Assembly: GCA_020721325.1 (NCBI GenBank)
Contig: DYNA01000002.1
Coordinates: 7,037 to 71,036, forward strand
DNA length: 64,000 bases
Origin: Paludibacter propionicigenes
GTDB taxonomy: Bacteria; Bacteroidota; Bacteroidia; Bacteroidales; JAIFNL01
Reading direction: 5' to 3'
Part shown: positions 44,876 to 54,418 of the stretch, piece after piece
Layout of the letters: each line of letters starts with the position of its first letter
How positions within the stretch are numbered: position 1 is the first letter of the stretch
Notes under the pieces: model-generated
What the model was told of the DNA's origin: nothing
The model's database searches: none
The model's input: the letters and a program-made list of their open reading frames with translations, nothing else
Translations under genes and position numbers: made by a program

Positions 44876-46309
44876 ATGAAAAAGCAAATTATAATAAAAC
44901 ATATAGGCTATGTTTTTTTATTTAATGGAATTTTTTTATTTATCTCATTTTTAATTTCATTTTTTTTAAAAGAATCGTCCGTCCTTCCATTGCTTTTTAG
45001 CTCTTTTTTATGCGGAATTTTTGGAATTTTTCCGCTTATTTTTGTAGAACGAACCGAAAATTTATCGTATGAAGAAGGTTTGATAATTGTTGTTTTTGGC
45101 TGGATAACTACTTGTTTGATAGGCATTTTACCCTACATTATGTGGGGAGGAGAATTTACCATAGCCAATGCGTGGTTTGAAAGTGTATCGGGCTTTACTA
45201 CAACAGGTTCCACTATTTTGAACAATATCGAAGCCCTTCCCAAAGGTCTTTTGTTTTGGCGTTCATCAACCCATTGGATAGGTGGAATTGGAATCATTTT
45301 GTTTGTATTGCTTATTTTGCCGCAAGCACGCGGAAATAGAATAAGTATTTATAATACCGAAATTTCAAGTTTATCGAAATTAAATTTTCGGGTAAAAACT
45401 AAAAAAATAGCACAAATTTTGGCAATTGTCTATTTGAGTTTAACCGTTGCGCAAACTACTTTACTAATGGTCTTTGGCATGAATTTTTTCGACGCCATCA
45501 ACCATTCTTTCGCTACCATTGCTACCGGTGGTTTTTCTACTAAAAATCTGAGCATTGCTGCGTACAAAAGCTTAAATATTGAAGTTATTATAATGATTTT
45601 CATGGTTTTAAGTGGTATTCACTTTGGCTTACTTTACGGAACATTTACCGGAAGCAGAGAAAATATTTTCCGTTCGCCTTTGGTTCGAACTTTTATTTTA
45701 GTTTTGTTAATCGGAATTGTGTTGGTTTCATTAAAATTATATTATTCCGGTTATTTTAATTGGTGGGAATCAGTGCGATATGCTTCGTTTCAGGTCATTT
45801 CAGTAGGTACAACTACGGGTTTTGCAACCATTGATACAGCCAATTGGCCAATTTTTACACAAATGGTTTTAATTTATTTTACCATTCAATGTGCCATGGC
45901 AGGTTCAACTTCGGGTGGATTAAAATTTGACCGTATATACATATTTTTCAGGTCATTAGCTAAACAAATGAAAGTATTAAAACACCCTTTTGGCATATTT
46001 TCAACCAAGATTAACGGAAAAAAAATAGACGAAAAACTTGAAGAACAAACCATTGTTTTTATTGCTTTATATATCGTCATTTTTTTTATATCTTCTACAC
46101 TTTTAACTTTCATGGACATTGACGGAATGACTGCATTTTCGGCATCTATCACCACTATAGGCAATGTAGGACCGGGCTTTGGTGGCGTAAGTTCACTCGG
46201 AAATTTTGCCAACCTTCCCGATTTAGCCAAATATTTACTCTCAATTAATATGCTTTTAGGACGATTGGAAATTTTTACTATTTTAGCATTATTTACAATC
46301 AAAAAATAA
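44876..46309 (+). CDS. trkH: TrkH/KtrB-family potassium transporter
   Basis: Four pore-loop motifs are present (GFTTTGST, TGGFST, VGTTTGFAT, GNVGPGFG). 477 aa. It starts 12 nt after the HAMP protein gene. Confidence 0.9.
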   Translation: MKKQIIIKHIGYVFLFNGIFLFISFLISFFLKESSVLPLLFSSFLCGIFGIFPLIFVERTENLSYEEGLIIVVFGWITTCLIGILPYIMWGGEFTIANAWFESVSGFTTTGSTILNNIEALPKGLLFWRSSTHWIGGIGIILFVLLILPQARGNRISIYNTEISSLSKLNFRVKTKKIAQILAIVYLSLTVAQTTLLMVFGMNFFDAINHSFATIATGGFSTKNLSIAAYKSLNIEVIIMIFMVLSGIHFGLLYGTFTGSRENIFRSPLVRTFILVLLIGIVLVSLKLYYSGYFNWWESVRYASFQVISVGTTTGFATIDTANWPIFTQMVLIYFTIQCAMAGSTSGGLKFDRIYIFFRSLAKQMKVLKHPFGIFSTKINGKKIDEKLEEQTIVFIALYIVIFFISSTLLTFMDIDGMTAFSASITTIGNVGPGFGGVSSLGNFANLPDLAKYLLSINMLLGRLEIFTILALFTIKK

Positions 46310-46475
46310 TTTTTTTATAAAAAAATATAAATTATTTTTATTTTTTTTACAAAAAAACTTAGAAATTAATAAATACGTTTTTTTATTTTCATTTTTATCT
46401 ATTATATTTACAAAAAATGTTTTTTAAAGTTTAATAAAAATAATCTAAATTTTTTATCTCAATAAAAAAATAAAA

Positions 46476-47348
46476 ATGAAACAAAAATATCTCTTAATCA
46501 CAATTTTAGCTATCGTAAGCTTTTCTTTTAAAAGCGACAATCCAGCTTATTTATTATACAATTATAAAGGAAAACAAGCTGAATACGATAAAATGATAGA
46601 AGATTTATCCAAAGCAGATGTTGTTTTTTTTGGCGAATTACACACAGACCCCATTGCCCATTGGTTACAACTTGAAATCACTCAAGATTTTTTTGAATTA
46701 AAAAAACAAGACTTGATTTTAGGTGCTGAGATGTTTGAATCAGATAATCAATTACTTGTAAATGAATATCTTGCAGATTTCTACGACGACAAAAAATTTG
46801 AAGCCGAAGCCAAACTTTGGAACAACTACAAAACCGATTACAAGCCGGTTTTAGATTTTGCAAAAGCCAATCAATTGAAATACATTGCAACAAACATTCC
46901 TCGCCGATATGCTTCAATTGTGCATAAAAAAGGTTTTGAAGGACTTAAAGAACTCAGCCCCGAAGCTAAAGCACTGATAAGCCCAGACTTAGAACGACTC
47001 TACGATAAAGATGTAAAATGCTACGCCGAAATGTTGAACATGGCAGGCATGGGCGGACATGTAAACGAAAATTTTCCAAAAGCGCAAGCTGCTAAAGATG
47101 CTACAATGGCACATTTCATTTTAAAAAACTGGCAAAAAGGCAAACTTTTTTTCCATTTTGACGGTGCTTACCACTCCGATAATTACGAAGGAATTGTTTG
47201 GTGGTTGAAAAAATTAAAACCCGAACTCAACATAAAAACCATTAGCACGGTTTACCAAAAAAATATTCAAGAATTAGATGAAAATAACAAGAACAGAGCC
47301 GATTACATTATTGCGGTTCCGGAAAATATGACTCAAACGCAACGATAG
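46476..47348 (+). CDS. ChaN-family (haem/iron-associated) lipoprotein
   Basis: VVFFGELHTDPIAHWLQLEI near the N-terminus matches the ChaN/Cofac_haem_bdg pattern as I recall it. Signal peptide present. Confidence 0.6.
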   Translation: MKQKYLLITILAIVSFSFKSDNPAYLLYNYKGKQAEYDKMIEDLSKADVVFFGELHTDPIAHWLQLEITQDFFELKKQDLILGAEMFESDNQLLVNEYLADFYDDKKFEAEAKLWNNYKTDYKPVLDFAKANQLKYIATNIPRRYASIVHKKGFEGLKELSPEAKALISPDLERLYDKDVKCYAEMLNMAGMGGHVNENFPKAQAAKDATMAHFILKNWQKGKLFFHFDGAYHSDNYEGIVWWLKKLKPELNIKTISTVYQKNIQELDENNKNRADYIIAVPENMTQTQR

Positions 47349-47388
47349 CCTACTCAGGTAAAATAAAAAATAAAACGGTAAAAAAAAA

Positions 47389-47453
47389 GAATTAAATTTT
47401 GTATTTGTTTTTTAACAAAAAAGAAAAAATAGAACAAATACAAAATTTAATTC
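47389..47453. terminator. Long perfect inverted repeat between convergent genes
   Basis: 21-bp perfect arms gaattaaattttgtatttgtt (47389-47409) and aacaaatacaaaatttaattc (47433-47453), with a 23-nt spacer. Confidence 0.6.
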
Positions 47454-47485
47454 GCTAAATACACATTCAATAAATAACTTTTATT

Positions 47486-50400
47486 TCAAATTTTTATTCC
47501 AAAAACCAAAACATCGTCAATTTGTTCTAAATCGCGTTTCCATTTAATATAGGCTCTCTCTAAAATTTCCTTCTGTTCCTTCATAGACTTGTCTTGAATG
47601 GATAAAAGCAACTCTTTAAATTGTTTTGCCTTAAATTTATCACCGATTTCTCCTCCAAATTGGTCAACATAACCATCTGAAAATGAGTACAATGTATCAC
47701 CGCGTTGAATTTTAAAAGTTTGTGTAGAAAAAGGAATTTCTTTCATGTAAATTCCAATTGGCTGCCTGTCGGCTTTTAATTGGAAAAATTCATAAGCGTG
47801 CTCGTCTTTTGTTTCAACGGGTCGAATGATGTAAAGTGGATTATAAGCTCCTGAAAATAAGACTTCTAAGTTTTCAAAATCAATGATAGTCAAAGCTATA
47901 TCCATGCCATCTTTCTGTTCTCCCGATTTTCCTTCTTGGTGCAGCGAAGTTTTAACTTTTTCACGTAACTTGTCTAAAATAAAACCGGAATTTTTTATAT
48001 TTTGCTCATTCACTATTTCATTTAAAAAAGCACTTCCCAACAAACTCATAAAGGCTCCGGGTACACCATGTCCAGTACAATCGGCAGCAACTACAACTAC
48101 TTGATTATCAATCTTTTTCACCCAATAAAAATCGCCACTTACAATATCGCGGGGCTTATACATAATAAAATGGTCGTATAAAATAGAATGAACATATTCG
48201 TCGGAAGGTAAAACGGCTTCCTGAATTTTTTGAGCATAACTAATACTATCAAGAATATGTTTTCGATGTTTATAAGCTATATCACGCTGTTCCTCAATAT
48301 GTTTCTTGCTTTCATTAATTTCATAAGTTCTCTCCCGAACAATTTCTTCCAAAGCCTCTTTCTCTTTTGCAGAAGCACGCATTCGCCAGTCAAATAAAAG
48401 TTTTATGGTAATAATAAATACCAAAATATATATTAAAATTGCCCACCAACGTCTGAAAATAGGAGTCAAAATTTTAAAACTTAGAGTTGCTTTTTCGGCA
48501 TTTAAGCCAAATTCATTTTTGGCTTCTACTACAAAAACATAATTTCCATCGGGTAAATTGGTATAATCTTTCATTGCCGTAGAACTCCAATCAGATGTAT
48601 CTTTGTCAAAACCCTGCAAATAATATCGGTATAAAATTTGTCCTTTGGCAGGAAACACGGGCAAAGTGTACTCAAAATGAAGGGAATTAAAATCGTAATT
48701 CAATTTAAGAACTTCGCCTTTTTTATTTTCAATTTGAAAAAAAGTATCTGCAAGAATACTCGAAAATTTTGTAATGAGCGTTTTAAATTGATTTGAATAA
48801 TTATAGGGTAAAGTATTGTTTACTAAAACGATACCTTCTTTTCCACCCAACCATAATTTATTTGTTGAAACATCTTTGAAAAAAGTATTAACTTGAAAAT
48901 CTGTAATGGGCTTGAATACAGTATGATAAGTATGTCTGTTTTGTTTTTGTTTTTCGGCATCGAAAGTAAAAATATAAGAATTGCGTAGTTCACCATTTGT
49001 TATAAAAAACTCATTTTCAGACATTTGTATAAAATTCCCTATCCATTGCTGATACGAAGTAGTATCGCTTTTCATTAAATTATAATTTTCTAAACGCATA
49101 TTTTTCCAATCGATTGAAAATAAACCTTTTTCACTTGAAAAGAAAACATCTTCTTGAAAATTGTTTAAGTGAAATGTAATAACATCTTCGTTGGTTTGAA
49201 TTGTTTCAATTCGCTGTTTTTCAATATCATAAGTAATTATTCGATTGGGTAAAATTTCAAAAATTAAATGAGAACCATACTCCGCCATTTTATTAACATC
49301 GCCCAGTAAATTATTGATTTGCTGAACAATTTTTATCTCTGGTTTTGAAATATCAATAATATTACACGCCTGAGTATGAGCAGAATATATCCAGTTTGAA
49401 TTTATTTTTGATTGCAAAAGTGAAAAAGTAAATTCGTTTATTGATGTTTTATTTAATTTATTGTTGCTATTTAATACGTAAATTCCATTTGAACATGATA
49501 TAAACATCTGATTATTAGCTACTAATAAATCTGTACAAGCATATTTAATATCTGAATTTTTTTGAAATTTATCGTTTTGCAAATGAAACAATCCATTGGT
49601 AGTAGCAATAAAAATTAAATTATTAAACTCTTGAATATCAACAACTTCACCTTCTAAACCCGAAGTAATATTATTAAAAAACTGTATGGGAAAATTTATT
49701 TCTACCTTTGAAATACCATCACTTGTAGCTAACCAAATTGAATTTTTGGCATCTAAAAAAACTTTATTAACCGTTTCACTTTGCAAATCAGAGGTTTTAT
49801 CAATTATTTGAACTACAACACCTGAATTGTTTACAATCACCATTCCCCCAGAAAGTGTTCCCAAAGCATAAAAATTTTCAGATGCCTTTACAACGCTTGA
49901 AACTCCATGCGTTTTTAAATAATCGCTAAGTAATATTTGCATAGGAGTCAAAGAATTATCTTTCAAAACATAAAATCCTTGTTTTGAGGTAATTACAGCA
50001 ATACTACTATCCGAAGTAAGCTCTATCATATCCACAACATCGTAAAGTTTTTCCTCAAAATTTACCGGAATTTTAGCCACTTTTTTATTTTTAAAAATAG
50101 CCAATCCGTCATTCTGCGGAAATTCATTATCTTCCGAAAATAAATACAAAACATCTTTTATTCCAAAAGCCGAACGAATTTTTGATTTGAATTTGAAAAT
50201 CGAAAGTTTTTTATTTTCATAAATAAACATTTTATCTTCTTCAATAAAATACTGGGTATTTTTTATACAAACGACTTTAAAAATACGCCCAACATCTTGA
50301 TTTTTAAGAGAATCAGCAAGTGAAACAAAAGATAGATTTCCAAATTTATCGTGTTGTAAAAAGCCAAAATCGGATAATCCTCCGGCAAAAATGACACCAT

Positions 50401-50683
50401 GCTCGTTTTTTGCCAGCGACAATACACGCATTCCGCTATTCATGGCTATTTTTGTCCATTTTGTACCATCAAATTCTAAAATTCCGGCAAAATTTGCAAA
50501 ATACATTTTGCCGTTTTTAGCTTGAAGAACATCATAATTTTGCTCATGCGATTGATACTGTTTTGTAGTAAAATTTAATACAAATGGACTCGCATTTTCG
50601 CGTGTAAAATTCTGAGCTGCAAGGTTTAACACTAAGAATATTAAAAAAATTTGCAGCTTTATTTTTAAAATTATAGTTTTCAT
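47486..50683 (-). CDS. Periplasmic beta-propeller/Y_Y_Y sensor fused through one TM helix to a SpoIIE (PP2C-type) phosphatase
   Basis: Signal peptide from MKTIILKIKLQIFLIFLVLNLAAQ; the ORF extends to 50710. About 740 aa of propeller-type repeats plus a Y_Y_Y-like module (YRYYLQGFDKDTSDWS). TM helix WWAILIYILVFIITIKLLF. C-terminal PP2C region (SGDFYWV...ADCTGHGVPGA...SDGYVDQFGG). Confidence 0.8.
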   Translation of the reverse strand: MKTIILKIKLQIFLIFLVLNLAAQNFTRENASPFVLNFTTKQYQSHEQNYDVLQAKNGKMYFANFAGILEFDGTKWTKIAMNSGMRVLSLAKNEHGVIFAGGLSDFGFLQHDKFGNLSFVSLADSLKNQDVGRIFKVVCIKNTQYFIEEDKMFIYENKKLSIFKFKSKIRSAFGIKDVLYLFSEDNEFPQNDGLAIFKNKKVAKIPVNFEEKLYDVVDMIELTSDSSIAVITSKQGFYVLKDNSLTPMQILLSDYLKTHGVSSVVKASENFYALGTLSGGMVIVNNSGVVVQIIDKTSDLQSETVNKVFLDAKNSIWLATSDGISKVEINFPIQFFNNITSGLEGEVVDIQEFNNLIFIATTNGLFHLQNDKFQKNSDIKYACTDLLVANNQMFISCSNGIYVLNSNNKLNKTSINEFTFSLLQSKINSNWIYSAHTQACNIIDISKPEIKIVQQINNLLGDVNKMAEYGSHLIFEILPNRIITYDIEKQRIETIQTNEDVITFHLNNFQEDVFFSSEKGLFSIDWKNMRLENYNLMKSDTTSYQQWIGNFIQMSENEFFITNGELRNSYIFTFDAEKQKQNRHTYHTVFKPITDFQVNTFFKDVSTNKLWLGGKEGIVLVNNTLPYNYSNQFKTLITKFSSILADTFFQIENKKGEVLKLNYDFNSLHFEYTLPVFPAKGQILYRYYLQGFDKDTSDWSSTAMKDYTNLPDGNYVFVVEAKNEFGLNAEKATLSFKILTPIFRRWWAILIYILVFIITIKLLFDWRMRASAKEKEALEEIVRERTYEINESKKHIEEQRDIAYKHRKHILDSISYAQKIQEAVLPSDEYVHSILYDHFIMYKPRDIVSGDFYWVKKIDNQVVVVAADCTGHGVPGAFMSLLGSAFLNEIVNEQNIKNSGFILDKLREKVKTSLHQEGKSGEQKDGMDIALTIIDFENLEVLFSGAYNPLYIIRPVETKDEHAYEFFQLKADRQPIGIYMKEIPFSTQTFKIQRGDTLYSFSDGYVDQFGGEIGDKFKAKQFKELLLSIQDKSMKEQKEILERAYIKWKRDLEQIDDVLVFGIKI

Positions 50684-50724
50684 ACGATATTTTCTACAAA
50701 AAAAAATCAAAATTTAATATCATT

Positions 50725-53718
50725 TTATAAACTCCAAACTTTTGAAGCATATTTTTGTGCAAAAATTTCATCTTCTAAAAGTAAATTATTTAAAATATAA
50801 ATCTTTGCTCTTAACAAAACACACTGATTTTTAGCTGTATAAACTAATTCTCTCAAATTATCAGTTGTGTTGTAAATACATAAAATATCACCATCGGATA
50901 TATAGCTATTTTTTTCATTATCAAGCAATAATCCCGAAAATAAGATATAGAACCAACTTGCATTTTCTACACTGATATGCAACTCAGAACCATTATTTAA
51001 TTCCAAAATCTGAGTTTCTTCAGCCAAACTTTGCAATTTATGATATTCGATGGTTTTAAATAAATCTTTTGCGTGTAAATATACTAATTTATTGTATATC
51101 AATTTATTAAAATTATTTCGTAATTCATTTTTAGTAGGTAAAAGTTTTAAAAATGTAAATTTTGGAGTATTTAAAACTACAAATTCGTCGTAAAGATTTT
51201 CATTTAATACCAATAAACTTTGTGCAGCTATTTGACGCATCATCTCACTTTTATTGATTATATTAGCCTTTAAAACTGCTATAACTTCTGATGTAGGAAA
51301 ATTTAAAAGGTATTTAAGAGCAGTCGTTTTTGAAAAAAAACTAATTTTGCCTACAGGCGAATTTACAATATTAATTAAACGCTGTTTAACAGTTAAATTT
51401 GGATATGCAAAGGTTAATTTGAATATTTTGAGTAATTCACTGATACTTAGCTTGTTAAAAATCGGTAAAACAATATTCTTATGCTCTTCATCTATCACTA
51501 AATCAGCTATTTCAAGTGCAAAACTTCTATTTTCAGATGTTTCACTATCTAAATTTTGTTTAATCAAATAAATAGCTGTAGAATCATAAATTACAGACAA
51601 CAATGACATGATTTTGTTCAAAGTGAGCAATAATTCTGTTTGTAAAGCACTCAAAATCAACTCATCATCATTCAATTCTTTCAAATCAAATAAACAAGCA
51701 GTAATGTAAACATAATTATCAATTTCTTCTTCTAACTTATTAGAAAACAATAACTTCTCACTTTTATTGGATTTATAATTCAAACTTCCCAAAGCCAAAA
51801 TTATTCGTTCACTTATAATTTTATTGGGATAATTCAAATTCGTTTTAAAAAAATTCACAACTTCCTTTCCACCAATTTCTTCCAAAACCGAAATAATTTT
51901 TAATTGCAATTCGGTATTAAATTCCATTCGCCGAAAAAGTTGAATAATACTTGTAACAATCTCATTACCAACATTTTTTATTGCTGATGCAGACGTATCG
52001 CTAAATTCACGAATAGAAAAATTGTTAATTAAAGCATAGAAAAAATCTTTATCTTTCATTTTTCCTGCTGTAATAATGGCTTCGGTGCGAACGCGAAAAT
52101 TTTCGTCTGTAAGCAATTTTTTCAACAAACGTTCAACCTTATATATCTGATAATTAGAAAATTCGGCTGCTGCAAAACGGCGTTCGGTCGGTTTTTCAGA
52201 TTTTGACCACAGCATTAAATCTTTAAATTTAAAATTCGATTCTACCGTTTCAAACATCTGAATATCATGCTCTTTAACCAACTTATAGGTATGAAAAGGC
52301 AAAATAATTCGAGTTAATTTTACAATCGAAAGTTGACTTCGCGTTTTTGCATTTAAAATGTAGTGCGCTAAAATATCAAATATTTTATCCGTTTTAGTTT
52401 GTGGTTTAAAATTTTCTTTACTTTTTAAAACACTTTGCAAAATTATCTTGTACTCGGTATAAATATCGAAAGTAAATTTGAGCCAGATGAGAATTACAAT
52501 AAATAAAAATACGGCAAAATATTCTAAATTCATGCCGGGAATTTTTACAAAAATAAATAGTAAAATTCCAGCTACTATGCTCGCATAAGCTTTGGGACCG
52601 CTTTCTACTCTGTTCTGAAAAATAACTCTTTCATCGGCGGGTAAAGGCTGAAATAATATTTGAGACGCAGGGTCGTTGAACGATGTGCGCACTGCACGTG
52701 TAAAAAGTCTGCCCAAAGCTACAAATGAAAAAAACAAACTTATTGTACCATAAACCACTCCTACCATTGAAGCCAGCAAAAAGCTAAACGCCAAAACTAC
52801 CGGAAAGGCTAAAAGTCCCAATTTTATTCCATATTTACTCATCATGCGCCCAGACACAAAAGCCTTGAGTATGAACTCAATAATAGAACTTACACCAAAA
52901 AAAACACTCACAAAAGTCGTTAAAGCGTCTTTGTCGGGAAATTCGATTTTCAATTGGGCTTGAAAAATAAAATCGACAAAAAACTGAGCAAAAATAGGGA
53001 TAAATGCAATAAAAAAGATAAGTTTATAATATTTATTTTGAAAAAAAGATATTTTTATAGTGCTTTTTTCAACGTCTTGGGATTGATTTTTTTTAACATG
53101 AGTTTGAAGTTTATCGGCATTTTTTGAAACTAAAAACATCATGAGAATATATGCCACAATTAGAGCCAAACCCGAAATAATTAATAATTGCTCGGTACTT
53201 AAAAATTTGACTAACAGAGGAATAGAAAAAAAACTTATGATACTTGCCAAAACTTCACCTCCGGTAATCAACCCAAAAACCCTTTTAGCTTGCTGCAATT
53301 CAAACAACCGTCCCAATGTACCCCAAAAAGTAACCGCTTGTAGGTATGCAAACACCCGAATCCAAGCGTATAACAAAAAAATAGCAAACACCGAAAGTGT
53401 TAAACTATATGAAATAACTAATAAAACAACCGACAATAATAAAAATGCCATACCCATTTTAACGGTAGTATGAAACATTTTCTTTTTTTGTATAAATGAA
53501 TACCACTGACCTATTAACCAAACAATTATGCCCGATGCGATGAATACCACTGAAAGCATATCGCGCGAAAAAGAACTAATAAAAATAGCTGTGGCACTCG
53601 TTACAAAAAAAGCCAGCGCAACACCCGAAAAAAAAGAATACATAAAAGGCAAGAATATTTTTTTAGAATCATCACCTTTTAAGCCAAAAATGACTTGTAT
53701 TTGCTTTGTTAAATTCAA
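50725..53718 (-). CDS. Polytopic transporter-like domain fused to HEAT repeats and a C-terminal cNMP-binding-like domain
   Basis: 997 aa. The first ~430 aa contain about 12 hydrophobic helices (MFS or NTT/TLC-like). The middle has HEAT/PBS-type repeats (LLTDENFRVRTEAIITAGKM). The last ~130 aa have a CAP-effector-domain pattern (FYILFSGLLL...DGDILC) with a degenerate phosphate-binding cassette. Confidence 0.6.
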   Translation of the reverse strand: MNLTKQIQVIFGLKGDDSKKIFLPFMYSFFSGVALAFFVTSATAIFISSFSRDMLSVVFIASGIIVWLIGQWYSFIQKKKMFHTTVKMGMAFLLLSVVLLVISYSLTLSVFAIFLLYAWIRVFAYLQAVTFWGTLGRLFELQQAKRVFGLITGGEVLASIISFFSIPLLVKFLSTEQLLIISGLALIVAYILMMFLVSKNADKLQTHVKKNQSQDVEKSTIKISFFQNKYYKLIFFIAFIPIFAQFFVDFIFQAQLKIEFPDKDALTTFVSVFFGVSSIIEFILKAFVSGRMMSKYGIKLGLLAFPVVLAFSFLLASMVGVVYGTISLFFSFVALGRLFTRAVRTSFNDPASQILFQPLPADERVIFQNRVESGPKAYASIVAGILLFIFVKIPGMNLEYFAVFLFIVILIWLKFTFDIYTEYKIILQSVLKSKENFKPQTKTDKIFDILAHYILNAKTRSQLSIVKLTRIILPFHTYKLVKEHDIQMFETVESNFKFKDLMLWSKSEKPTERRFAAAEFSNYQIYKVERLLKKLLTDENFRVRTEAIITAGKMKDKDFFYALINNFSIREFSDTSASAIKNVGNEIVTSIIQLFRRMEFNTELQLKIISVLEEIGGKEVVNFFKTNLNYPNKIISERIILALGSLNYKSNKSEKLLFSNKLEEEIDNYVYITACLFDLKELNDDELILSALQTELLLTLNKIMSLLSVIYDSTAIYLIKQNLDSETSENRSFALEIADLVIDEEHKNIVLPIFNKLSISELLKIFKLTFAYPNLTVKQRLINIVNSPVGKISFFSKTTALKYLLNFPTSEVIAVLKANIINKSEMMRQIAAQSLLVLNENLYDEFVVLNTPKFTFLKLLPTKNELRNNFNKLIYNKLVYLHAKDLFKTIEYHKLQSLAEETQILELNNGSELHISVENASWFYILFSGLLLDNEKNSYISDGDILCIYNTTDNLRELVYTAKNQCVLLRAKIYILNNLLLEDEIFAQKYASKVWSL

Positions 53719-53759
53719 ATTGATAATTTTTTATTAATTTTTATTTAAAAAATAAAATT

Positions 53760-54407
53760 TTATTCTTTTTTTCCTAAATTAAAACGATAACCTAAACGAG
53801 TATAAAGCATATTCGATTGAGTATGAAAAATATCTTTTGTAAGTGCTAAATGCAAATTAAAAGCCTTATTCATTTCATAATCAACCGAAGGTCCGACAAA
53901 CCAACTGCCTTCGTTAAACGATTTATCAATTTTCCAATTTCCATAAGCCAAAACTCCAACTAATACTTTAGAAACCACGCGATAACGAATGTATTGAACT
54001 AAATAATAATGGGTTTTCGATTTTTCATTTACACCCCAAAAATAACGTTCTTGGATGTTGATTAATAGTTTTTTATCAAAAAAATCGATATTTTGGTCAA
54101 AACGAAATCCTGTCCAAATTTCTCCGGTTTCGTTAAATTTTGAATATGAAAATAGCTTAAAATATTTATTTGTAATTCCCAACATTAAATCGGTTCGAGC
54201 TACTCTTCCTGAAGGAACGTATTCTTCGGGCAAATAAATAACATCAATCGGTCGCCAACGAAACTCAAACGGAGTATTTTCAATGTTCATACGAATTTCA
54301 GGCGATAATTTTACCCACAATTCTTGCTCCGACTGCGCAAAATTGATTTTACTTCCTAAGAGAAATAATATCAAAAAAAAGTATAATTTATTATAATTTT
54401 TTCCCAT
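53760..54407 (-). CDS. Small predicted outer-membrane beta-barrel protein, function unknown
   Basis: 215 aa with a signal peptide. Alternating amphipathic beta pattern. C-terminal segment LYTRLGYRFNL is aromatic-rich. Confidence 0.5.
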   Translation of the reverse strand: MGKNYNKLYFFLILFLLGSKINFAQSEQELWVKLSPEIRMNIENTPFEFRWRPIDVIYLPEEYVPSGRVARTDLMLGITNKYFKLFSYSKFNETGEIWTGFRFDQNIDFFDKKLLINIQERYFWGVNEKSKTHYYLVQYIRYRVVSKVLVGVLAYGNWKIDKSFNEGSWFVGPSVDYEMNKAFNLHLALTKDIFHTQSNMLYTRLGYRFNLGKKE

Positions 54408-54418
54408 CTCTTCTATTT

